From Amoebophrya sp. A120 (Eukaryota; Protista; Dinoflagellata), in contig CAJINV010000011.1 in NCBI GenBank assembly GCA_905178155.1, forward strand, positions 3,499,077 to 3,563,076: a stretch of 64,000 bases of DNA. Reading direction: 5' to 3'. The position numbers were made by a program, and so were the translations under genes. Of the stretch, positions 1 through 11,539 are shown piece by piece. The notes under the pieces were generated by a model that made no database searches, was not told where the DNA came from, and saw only the letters and a program-made list of their open reading frames with translations. Every line of letters begins with the position of its first letter. Position 1 is the first letter of the stretch.

Positions 1-3000
1 AAGGATGTTGGCGCTGTTCCCTGTCCCTCTTCTAGTTGCAGAGGAACTAATATTCCCACTACAGTGCCTCCTCCACTTGCGCAAGAAAAACTACATCAGG
101 GCGGTGAAAAAAGAAAAACGAAGAGCGACCCCGTAGTTGCCCGCAGAGGACATGTGGATGTGATTGCGCGGCACCTGCCGGGCCCCATGCGAGATGACTT
201 CGCGCGGATGCTGCTGCAGGTTTTCCCGCACCTGTGCCGGGTGGTTATCGCGAAAGGAAATCGAAAAAAGCCGAAAGTGATCAGCGCATTTGACGAAGCG
301 AAGGAGATATTGGACCAGTGTTCTTTAGGTCGTGAGAACGTCGACGGACCCGCCACGCAGAAGTGCAACGAAAATGGGGTCGTTGAAAAATCTTTTCCAA
401 AGGTGGAAGCAGCAGTAGATCATCAGTTGGGGCAAAACAAAAACTACATTGACGCGACTGGCTCGAAAGAGCGAAAGATGAAAAAATTAGAAACGACGAG
501 AAGCAAGAAAAATCAGCAACAAAATACGCTACATCTTCTAAAAAGTGCTCCGACGGTGGACGACAAGCACCATGGAGCCGCGCCACCGGCGTCTTCGGCG
601 AGAGTAGACACGCGCGCGGGAGCCGCGGAAGAGAAGAAAACTCAACACGCAGATGCTGCCGCAGGCGGCGGGAGGGGAAGGCGAGCGCCGCGTGGTCCTT
701 CTACGGCTTCGACCACCTGTTCTAGAACAACTTCGTGTAGTGCTGAGGTTCCTGCTAGCGATACAACTTCCACCTGCCTAGCATCCACGACTGGCACAAC
801 TGCGTGCAATAATAATAAAGTAAAAACAAGTTCCTGCTCCTGCGATCCCAGGCGCTGCCTGCAGCTGGTCGTCCTTCCCGGGACCCAGCACTGCGGCTTC
901 GTTCAATGCTGCGAGTGCGAGCTGCACAAGAACCAGCCGCCGCTGCCGAGGGTCAAGTTGGAGCAGATGTTGGAGGACTTTGTGGCACTCTCGCGGACCT
1001 GCTCCTTCGCGACAGAGCACTTCGTGAAATTTCTCTTTCCACCAGTTGTGCGACAAAGTAGACAAGAACTTCAGCAAGCAGCTACACATCTTCATCACGA
1101 AGAAGATAAAGAAGATGATCAAGGTGACCGTCATTATGTGCGGCGAGATCACCCACAGCTGGCTGATTTCGTTGAAACGATGCGGGAAGGTGTTCGGTGC
1201 CATGTGCTGCTCCGCGGGAGGTGGCTAGACGAGACGAGTTTTGTGGTTGCTGACATTCTTTGGTTTACCAAACGCCGTGATGCGCAGCTTTTCCGGGACC
1301 GCCGGATAAAGGAGCTCGAGGAGTTGAAGCGACAGAGTGCGATGACCACGATCACGGGGCAGGACAACAAGGCCAATAATTCGCGCAACGGCATCTCAAC
1401 ATCGTCTTCAAGTGAGCCGGTCGCGCCGGGCACAAAAGAGGCTAATACGACTTTTTGTTCGTCGGCGAACTGTCCTTCCGCATTAGATTCATCGTTTTTC
1501 ATGGTTTCGACGCTGCAGCTCGAGCAGCAATGGCGGCTCGGTGCGGTTTCAAAGGAAGATTCTTGCAGCCCACTGCTTTCGGTGGAAGAAGTAGAAAAAG
1601 GCACTACTTCTACCCCCCCACCACCGCACTCAACAACCTCTGTGATTTGTCACTACTTCATCGAGAATCGGGTGAAGTGGCAATTCCGTGCGCGTCAAGG
1701 CCCCATGTCGAGTATGCACGCCTTCAAAAAGTCGGCCCGCAGCGGGCACCGGAACCTGTTTTGGTCCCACCCGGACGCCGAAGTGACAACCTCCAAGGAT
1801 GGCCGCGTCGTGGTAAAGGGCTACCCGGGCCTGGCGGAATTCTCGGACGTCAGTAGGAGTCTGGCGAGGGAGCGGGAGGCGGAGAGGGAGAATCAGAACA
1901 AGAAGAACTCCTTTACGACCTGCGCGGAAGGAGCACTTGATGGTGCAAATGGAGAAACAATGCCACGGGCTACTACACGAGGCGAAAAGGAAAATTGTAA
2001 GGGCAGTACACATGATCAGCATAAGCAGCAGCAGGGCGTGAGCACCATAATGAAGCACCAAAACAAGCGTAGAAGCCGGTCGACAAGCTGTGTGACGGTG
2101 CGACATAAGATGCAGGGGTTCTTTACTTCCCTGTCCAGCGGGCTGTGCGACCCGCCGCCGCACTTCGGGTACGAAACGACCTGGGACCGGGGACACGCGA
2201 TCTGGCTGGCCCAGCTTTTGCAACTGATAAGGACGCACGAGGAGGTTACGTATGAGGAGTTGTACAAAAACTTTGTCCAAAAACGCTTCCCGCAGTGGCG
2301 CTACAGGATGTTGGCGCTTACAGATCAAGAACCGAAGCGAAGGACGACAAGCGCTTATTTGGAACCGGAAGCGCAAATGAACAAGAATGGTAGACGAGAG
2401 GATGTTGGCCTTCGGGCTTTAACACAACGGAAGACCACAAGGGATTCGAATTATCCTGGTAGTTCCTATGCATCTTCTTCCCTGGGAGCAGACGAGTTCG
2501 ACGCCAGTGAGAGCACCACTGCCCGTTCGTCCAGCGATAGTTTGACGTTCGTCGACGAAGATGTTGTTGAAATGACCGGCCATGCCGCAGCACCTGGATC
2601 GGGGCTCATGGAAACGAACAGCACACTAGTACAACCGCCATGGGTATCAGATGTAAAAATGTTTGGGTCTGGAAACTTGTGATGCTGGGTGGCGTCTCAT
2701 GATGAGGCCAGAAATGCTGGCTTAGCATCACAAGTTTCTGAGCTTCTAGGTGTTGCCTATTGTGCATGACAAACTGCGTTTCTGCATCACAGAAAAATGG
2801 AGCTTTTGGTAACTTGCATGACAGATTTAAGACTCATGCCAGACAAGCATGACAAACATGCATTCTTCCAGACCCAGACATGTTTACATTTGATAATGGG
2901 ACGAGGAAAGACACAGTACAGGGGAGCACAGTCGTGACGTTGCACTTCATCTAGGTGCTGGTGGACATGATGATCACAAAAAGAAGAATACTAGCATAGA

Positions 3001-4783
3001 AGAAGACGAAGACGCTGACGCGAAAATTCGGACCTACTTGAACGACCGCACAAAAAGCGTGTTGACCAAGCTTGGGGACCACTGCAGTTCTTCGCATCAT
3101 GTGAAGAACGACAAGAAATATCATGCTGCCAATCCTCGGAGCAGCTGCATGGGTGCTGAGGCTGGGACAGCAGACGGAAGTAAGGCGACAGGACCGATGA
3201 ACAAATTTGAAGTGGTTGCAAAAACCACTGCCAGTGGCCCGCAGTTCACGGTGGAGCAGAGTAGTGTAAAACTAGAACAACAAGAACGGGTGTCGACTAA
3301 ATCAACTACGAGCAGGAAAAAACCCCCCCCGCCCCCGAAGGTGAAGCACATGAAACGGCTATCCTGAGGAAAAACGTCCCCACACCAGAGTCAAGATTGG
3401 GATTTCGCAACACAAACCTAGAAGTTTTGGGAGTCACGCATGACAATTTGCAGTTCGTAGTGTAGTGCCTGTTGGCAAGGAGAAGGACAGCTGCATTGAA
3501 AATCCATCTGCTTATCCTGTTTACAGCATTACAAATTCCAAAACACGACCGGGAATGCCTATCATGGGGATGCGCATCACAAATGTTCCTGCTATTGCAA
3601 ATCTGCATGACAACTCTGGTGTGGGGACGTTTTTACTCAGGATAACGGCCCGCCGAGGAGCGAGAATATTCCCTGTGCTGGAACGCGCTTCCCGGTCACG
3701 AGGCCGAGCTGCTGATGGAAAAGGTCTGGACAGCCGGGGCGTGGCTTGTACAACAGAAACTGATCGCGCAGCGCAACGCCGGCTCGGAGAACCAGTACAT
3801 CAGCCAGGTTCCGAACCTGGACGCCACCGGGCGCGTGTACGAGGTGCCGTTGCGTTACGTGGGCAACACACTGGAGCAGTACTACCAATATCTCGATTCC
3901 TTTATCCTGCCCACATTTCGCGCCGCGTTAAGGTATGCAGGGCTCAGTACCGCACACATGATCCATCACGTCGACGAGTACGGGATAGATCCGCGCTTTC
4001 TGGTCGACGAGGATATGCGAGAAGTGCTTCATGGCCGTACTGTCGTAAGGGGCTCGTCCTGGTCGACGTCCACCGACGTTGCAGCTGCGAATGACATAGA
4101 GAGGAACTTTATGTGCGATAAGAATGCAACAGCTCCTAGCCAACATTATGCAGCGCGATCTCAGGAGAAGACGACGCAATGTGAAAAGAAATCTTCCGGC
4201 GCAGAACCAGATCATCGTCCTGATCAGGAGAACCACTCCCACTCGTCCTGCAATTCTTGCAGCGCATGCGAGTTTTGTCGTGCTTCTAGTACCACGACCA
4301 ACGACGTGATAAAAAATGGAGCCAAAGCCGAAGGAAAAGCTAGCGTTAGGAGTAGTACAGCAGGGAGGACTACTACAACGAGAACCCCAAGAACTTCTTC
4401 TCCGCGTGCTGCGAGGAAGAAAATGCTCCGCCCCGGCGTGATTATTCTGGACTGCCCGTTCCTGGTGATGCGTGCCCGTATTTGCAGACATGGAGAGCGG
4501 CAGCGGCCCCCTTCGATCATCCACCTCGGAGAGTTCTCTCGGAGAACAAGAACCGTCAGCTGCTAGTACGTCGACACCCTCACCCGCAGTGTACCTGCAA
4601 GCGCCGCAGCACCATTCCAAACCCTGGGTCACCTTCCCCGGGGCTATTGAGAGCCTTACCCCGTCGGACCCGGCGGTGCACAAGTTTCCCGACGTCCTGT
4701 TTGGCGTGCCCTCGCTTATCCGCGAACACCGGGGGGAAGTGGTTTATAGTGAGCCTGCACCCTGTCCCTCCTCCGACGCGTAA
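1..4783 (+). CDS. Large hypothetical protein, paralog 1 of a tandem pair (5' end outside window; one unresolved frameshift)
   Basis: Frame is open from base 1. Joining 1-2644, 2901-3359 and 3650-4470 (two elements plus TSD removed) keeps the frame (PPW/DEERH; MKR/PAEER). The C-terminal block (YLQAPQ..EHRG) continues after a +1 shift near 4471. Shares several conserved blocks with the gene at 6360. Confidence 0.75.
2645..2895. mobile_element. Introner/MITE family A
   Basis: TIR TATCAGATGTAAAAATGTTTGGGTCTGGAA ... TTCCAGACCCAGACATGTTTACATTTGATA; TSD ATGGG (2640-2644, 2896-2900); removing 256 nt joins ORF 64 to ORF 3038 in frame. Confidence 0.93.
3360..3644. mobile_element. Introner/MITE family B
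   Basis: TIR TATCCTGAGGAAAAACGTCCCCACACCAGAGT ... ACTCTGGTGTGGGGACGTTTTTACTCAGGATA; TSD ACGGC; removing 290 nt joins ORF 3038 to ORF 3715 in frame. Confidence 0.93.
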
Positions 4784-6359
4784 CATTCTCTCGTTTTATT
4801 TTGCGACCGACCGACACGGATATAATAACGGGGTTTAGGGTTTTCAGAAAAGGACTCAAGCTATGGCTTAAAATTTTATCAATAGCAGTATCTTGCTGCT
4901 ACGATAAATATGAATGAATTGAAATAAACGAAATAACTTACAAATAATGACGCTTGCAATTCAAGCATTCTAGAGCATGGGCTTGTGTACGACCGACCAC
5001 ACGACGTTGAAATTCTTTGAGCACGACCACCAAACGCTTGACAAAATCTATACGCTTTACTCCCAATGTAGAACCTTTCTATTATCAATCGAATCTTTTT
5101 CATCTCGAGCAAAAGTTAGTGAGGCTCGACGCTAGCATGTTGAGAACCTCTTTTGAGAAACTTTTTTCTCCAGACCGGCTTTGACTTCTACGAAATCGAA
5201 TTCCTCAGTTATGGGTATCTCAGGACAATTTGAATTTCTCTTCGGTTGAAAAATTGACAGCGACTTATTATTTCCACTCCATCACTTGTTCCGCTCGGAC
5301 TCAGAGTCTTTTATTCTTGATTTCTCAATTACGAATGACAATGAATGAGGATAAGCAGTGGCTCCAGGTGAAAAATCTTCCAGGATGCAGCTGCTGTTCA
5401 AAACACCAGCAACGCATCAGTTTTTTTCCCGCCCTACCATCTTGAAAACCGTAGGTTCTCCTTTATTTTCAGGGTCAACAAGGGAGCTGATTGGTTTCAC
5501 TCATATTAAGACCCTGTTTGTGTTTATTTCTACCCCCCGAAGATTTGGATTTCGCGCTTCCACTTGACACTCATAGCTGCAAACAAATAAGCGCAAACAC
5601 ATTCATTTGAATGTTTTTCATATGTTATCTTCGGCTCATTTATTCAGACGAAGGAAACTCTAATATAGGCTGTATCGCCTTGCCTGACTGCAAAAAGGTT
5701 GTTCACCTCCACGACAAGAACCGGTTCACTATGCAGAGTCAGTAGAGCTCAGAGGAAGATACCAGTCCATTTCTGCCTCTTTGATCGATCGATATAAGCA
5801 CATATTCATGAAAATTACCACGATCTTTTTCTTTTCTTCCCTGAGTGTAAAGCGTAATAATAAAGAGAGGCTCTTCACTGCTATTCCGGAGGGTTAGCGA
5901 ACTTTCTTGATTGATTTCCGATAGTTGGAAGCTCTGGATCTCAATAGAAGTGTGAAATTTAGCAGGCGAAGTGTTGCATCGGATCATCGACGGTTAGAAA
6001 AAGATTGCGATGGTGAGGATCAACCTGAATTCTGAGAGCGTGGCACCAGCAGCAGCAGCACCACACACCCACGATATTCTCGTAGATGTTCTCATGTAGA
6101 AGACCATGAAGTTCCTCTTGTATTCCTTTATGTTGATGAATTTGATTTTGAATGTGCAAGGGCAAGAACCTCCACGTGCAGTTTCAGTTTGTTCTTTCAG
6201 TCGTATGTACCTACTAGTTCTTCTTGTTTTCTCTTTCTTTCTATTAATTTTCCGACTCCAAAGAAGCTGAACTACAACAAACACTAAGACAGCGAGGAAG
6301 AGGGTGCATGTAGTTACATTTTCCTTCTCGTCAAGTCTCATGGTAGAGCAAATCTCAGC

Positions 6360-9300
6360 ATGCTGGACTGCGCCGCAGGAAGAGGAGACTCGCGACCACC
6401 AGCACCCGCCAACAAGGACAGCACGAAGGGATCATCTGCAAAAAGAACAGCAGAGGTCCGCGCCGGCGCACAGAAAGGAGGGCAGAGCTGGGACGCCGAA
6501 TGCGTGCAGGAAGAAGATTGGTACTATATTAGCAATCACGAGCAGAGGACAACGACAACTTCGGGCACCTCCTTCTACGAAGCAAAAGCAAAAGAAAACA
6601 AGCGAGGTCGTTGTACTAAACAAGGAGCGAAAATTGAGAATCCAAGCGGTGCGTCGAAAAGCGAGGGAAATAAGAGCAAAGGGACGAGTGCGCCATCAGT
6701 CTTAGTACGACACGATGATGCTGCTCGCGGTAACGGTAACGACTCTTGGGGACCACGACGACACTTTGAGCCTGCGCCCCGGACTAGTACAGCGTCTAAG
6801 TCCACAACTACTACGACTTCGAGCTCCTTCTCGTCAAAAAAACCCCGTGCGTCGAACAAGAATTGTGCTCAACACACGTCCTCCTCGGGCCAGTCGAAGG
6901 GTTCTTACACGGACGTGCTAGTGCGGCACCTGCCAAGCCCGGTGTCTGCCGACTTCGCTGCGCTGCTACTGCGCGTGTTCCCACAGCTTTGCCGCGTACA
7001 GGCTATTCAGCTGGGGATACCGAAAAATCGTGTCAAGATCTACTCATTTCAGGATCAACATGTCGTCCGTGTCGACCACGCACAGCAGATGCAGACCTCG
7101 AACTCCGCAGACGCCTCAAAAGTTTCTGCAAAAAATAGCATAAGTCGAGGAGCCGCCGGCGAGAATTGCAATTATGCTGAACCTAGACCTTCTAACCGGC
7201 AGCAGAGATGCTATTACGACGACCCCGATAATCATGTGGTAACCTCGTCAGAGTTTGACAGTCTTCCGTGCAGCAGCGCGCCCGATGATTTTCCTTGCGA
7301 CGACGCTGATTTCGCAGGCGGAGCGGTGTCTGGGGATGAAAAGCCAGAGCCTGGTCGTGGAGGCAACTACCATCGCCAGCAAAGTTGCGACGCTGATCGG
7401 TGGTGGTCCGGAGCATCACCAGGATCACTGGACGGCCAAAAGGACGACGATCTTCATGAAGCGTCGAAACCAGCAGCATGCGGTGACGAAATAATAACTT
7501 CTGTCGATCTAGGTCTAGCTGCAGCAGCATCTTGTGCAGCAGCATCAGCAACCAATGCCAAAAAAGCAAACAGGACTACGGAGCTGGCCAATCATGCAGA
7601 GAAACGTAAACAACAACAAGAGGAGGAGCAACAAACTCTTTGCAGTGATTGTGAAACAACAACAAGTGCGGGTCGGTCTTCAACGAATGCGACGTGTAGC
7701 TTGTTCTCTAGAAATACTTCTGCAACTTCTAACCCGACGATGACGTCGACAAGCACCAAAGCGACACCATCTCGGTGCCTGCAACTAACCGCGATGCCTC
7801 GCAACTTCGGGTTTATCGAGCCCTGCCAGTGTGGCGCACATAGCGAAGATGTGCCGCCGCTTCTTGCCCAAAAGCAAGCCGAGGACATGGTCGCGTTAGT
7901 CGAGAGTTGTTCGTTCGGCGTGGAGCACTCCGTGCGGTTTCTGTTCCCCCTCCCGGAGACCGAAGTGTTTCGAAAGGGCTTCGTCGATGCCATTCAGCGG
8001 CGGAGCAACCAGAATTTAGTGGTTGGGGGGTCGTGGAAGAACAAAGGGAATAAAGACCACCACAAGCTTTTCGAAGTGAAAGCCGTGACCGCCTACGGAA
8101 AACGGGGCGCTGCCATGGCGGCGCGGAGGAAGAAATCCAATCTGGCCAATCTTGTGGTTTTCCCCGGCTGCAGGGACCAGGCTTGGCGGATCGACGAAGA
8201 GATAATAGAAGATGAGGCCAAAAACGCAATCGTCTTCTGCCGGTACATGGCGAAGAGCCGGCTCTCGTGGGCTTTCCGCAAGCGACACGGGACGATGTCG
8301 AGTCTGGACGCCCTCCGGCACGCGGCAGGACGCGTATGAGAGCGCACAACTGCCCCTCCCCCTCATTTGTAAGTATAGCATGAACGGCAAAAATACAAGC
8401 ACCAGCAAGAGAAGTGCCGGTTTTGCATGACAAATTTGCACTGGAGCGTAGTGCTATTTGGGCTACCAGAACTTGTCATGCAAACAGTGCCAACAGGCAA
8501 AGGGTGGATTTTTAGGTATTTTGCATGCCAAATGAGGGCAAGGGGGAGTTGTGCACTGTCATAACGCGGGTACGGGGTGAACCGGTTTGCGGAAGAGGGG
8601 TTTGAGGTAACAATATCAAAAGGAAAAATCCCCCCTCCCCATATCAAAACGACGTTTCTGATGCTGGATTTGCGTACACAAATCAGATTTGTCTTGCTAG
8701 AGACGACTGCAGGCATATGGTAAGCCTCAGTCGAGAGGTTTTGACGTAGGCGCCTAGCATGACAAACGTGTATGCCCTAAGCCCAACAGCATCACAAACC
8801 GCCTGCAAAATGCGGAACGCTTTCTGGACTTGCCTTCTTGCAAGACAGACAGGATTTGAGGTCACAAATGCGCATCACAAATTTTCAGACGGATACGTTT
8901 TCGATATGGGGAGGGGGGATTTTTCCTTACGATAAACAAGCTCCAAAGACGGCTGCTTAGTTTTGAAGAAGACAGCTGAAGATGATGATGCTAGCGCTAC
9001 TAGCGAAGGAAGTGAGGAAGCGGGAGGTGAAGATTTTGTCCAGGGCGACGAGCAGCATGTTTCAACACCATCTGCAGGTAGTAGAAAAAGGACCAGAAAT
9101 AGAAAAGGCTCATCTTCAAAAACTGCTCAGTGTTCTGTGGTCAACGAGAACAAAATTCGCCGTTCGCGCTCCACCTCCTGTGTCTCCTTTCCCTACCGGC
9201 TGGAGCGGCAATTTGGTCTCTCCACGCTCGGCGCCCCGCCTCCCCAGTACACGTATGAGCGGTGCTGGGACCGGGGCAACGCGGTCTGGCTGCACCAATT

Positions 9301-10838
9301 CATGCAGCTGTGCCGGATTTCGAAAAAGGTGCGAATCGAGGACCTGTACCGGAGTTTCCTGTTGAGGGAGGTGCCGCAGTGGAAAATCCGCAGTTCGGAG
9401 GGGAGGACTTCTGTTGCGCAGACAGCGGGTTCAACTACATCTCGGAAACAAATATATACAAAAGCAAGACAGCAAAGCAGCAGCTGCATGCTCATCTGCT
9501 AGAACTTCCAGGCTGCACGAGGATGCTCCACGGGAGGAGCAACAGCGAGAAAAAGTGTGCTACCCCAGTACAACCGCGATGACACCGCAAGAGGCGATAT
9601 CTTCTGGAGAGGATCATTGTCAAAACCTTCATGTTTCACGCTTTTCCAACGCGAGCAGGAGCACCACGGCTTCTGTAACTTCTCGTGAATCGGCCATGTC
9701 TCCCGGCAGCCTTGATCAGCAATCAACGCAGCCGAGCACGATGAATGAGCCTGCTCAGGAGATGAAGAACAGTCATTGTGGCAGCAATTTATTTCCAGAG
9801 CCAGACGACCAAGACGACTCGGACCGGGAGGCCGAAGCCCGGCGCTTGACATTGCAGCAGAAGGAACGAGTGATGCTGTTAGAGCGGAGAAGCAGCGTTG
9901 TTATTAGGACGAATGGTTCAACATCATCCTCTACTAAATCAGCGAACAGCTCCTGCAACAGCAGCTCCTCGACATCATCTTCCTCTTCCTCCGGGAAAAG
10001 AACTGAGAGAAACAGAACACGACGAAAAAACTACCCCGAGCAGGACGATATACCGCCGGATATAAATAATCAGAACCCTTTCGATGAACTACAAGCAGAA
10101 GACCAAGATGAGGAAGTCCTCCTCTCCTGGCACCGTTTGCCTCGAAAACAGGGCGACTTACTCGTCGAGCGCGTTCTGTCCGCCGGGGCGTGGCTGGGAC
10201 ATCAGAAGTTGCGACGAATGATTCTTAGGAGCGGCGAAAATGACTTTCAACATCATGTGTGGGTCTTGAAGATGAAAAACCTGGACAAAAGCGGTCGAAC
10301 CTACGAAGTGCCGGCGCACTTCATTGGGACGACTTTCGAGGCTTACCGAAACTACTTCCGCTCCTACTACGTCCCCCTGTACCAAGCGGCGCTCGAATAC
10401 GCGGGCCTGAGCAGTGCGTACGTAATTAGTGACGCCGAGGAGTGGGGTCTGGATCCGGCATTTTTAGTGCCAAAGAATAAGAGTTCCGGTAGAAGAAGTC
10501 AGCAGCAAAATCCCCTACACGCGGCGACACAGAAATTGAACGCGTCAACATGTGCAGCTTCAAGCGATTCTCCGCAGACCACCGTCCGCGACGGCGTCAT
10601 TTTCCTTGACTGTCCTTTTTTGGTCACCCCTATTGTTGTCGACTTGAATGCGAGAAACTGCATGTATTTGCAAGCGCCGCAGTACTTCACGGAGCCCTTT
10701 ATGGCCATTCCGGTGGAGGTGGAGGATCACTACCCGGCTGCACACATTGAAACGAAGGCCGATTTCTTCAAAATGCTCGAGAAAATCCCGTGCCTTTTTG
10801 GGGAACATCGCGGAGTAGAGATTTTGGAAGCCCTGTGA
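6360..10838 (+). CDS. Large hypothetical protein, paralog 2 of the tandem pair
   Basis: Exons 6360-8334, 8569-8613, 8940-about 9452, about 9463-10838. Blocks shared with paralog 1: DVLVRHLPSPVSADFAALLLRVFPQLCRV, RCLQL, RRSRSTSCV, WDRGNAVWL, AGAWL, DCPFLV, YLQAPQ, EHRG. Needs a +1 frame change near 9453. Confidence 0.78.
8335..8563. mobile_element. Introner/MITE family C
   Basis: TIR TATGAGAGCGCACAACTGCCCCTCCCCCTCATTTG ... CAAATGAGGGCAAGGGGGAGTTGTGCACTGTCATA; TSD ACGCG; removing 234 nt keeps the frame. Confidence 0.92.
8614..8934. mobile_element. Introner/MITE family F
   Basis: TIR TATCAAAAGGAAAAATCCCCCCTCCCCATATC ... GATATGGGGAGGGGGGATTTTTCCTTACGATA; TSD AACAA; removal gives FEVTSSKDGCLVLK, matching uninterrupted AEVTTSKDGRVVVK in paralog 1. 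Confidence 0.93.
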
Positions 10839-11539
10839 GAGCAAATCTTTCTGTGAAGGAAAGAGTTTCATCAGAGAAGACAGTCTGCATTGAAGATGTG
10901 CGAGCATTGATTGCCTTTGTTTCCCTCGAATTTTGCTTGAGGCACGAACCATGTCAGAGTCTGCTGGTGCTCAGTGGATGGTAGTCACGTTTATCTTGAA
11001 TTCGTATTTTTTGATGTACTTCTACGTACTTTTGGTTCTGGTCTCAGGCTGGTTGTTCCTCGATAAGTAATCCAGCGATCGAAATCAATACGGTGCAAGT
11101 TTCTCGATGCAAGAAGGCCGTGAAAATCAGTACATCGCTAAGCAAGGCGTCGCAATTGCGCTATCGTCAGTTGGGTTTTTGTCGTCTGCAGTCGGGTTTG
11201 GGCAAGGGCGGGAGGCGAGTATGAAACTTGCGATCAACCGAAGTTCAGTTCCAGCGTCCTCGTTTTTCGCGTTTGTAGAAACAAAGATACGCAGCCGTGC
11301 GCCATCGATCAATGATGATCTGCTAGAGTTGCAGCTGCTTTCCTTATATTAGCTCGTACTCTTCGTACTGCAAGTACACACTCGTTTTTACTGTATGGTT
11401 CTACGTACATGGATCGGCGAAGAAGGCAAAAAAAAAAATGACGTGATAGTTGCGGTTTCCTCTATTCAATCGCGATTCTGTTTCTAGAAACTGGGATTCT
11501 TGCACGACGTTTTTGTGAGAGCAGCTGGGAAACAAAAAG

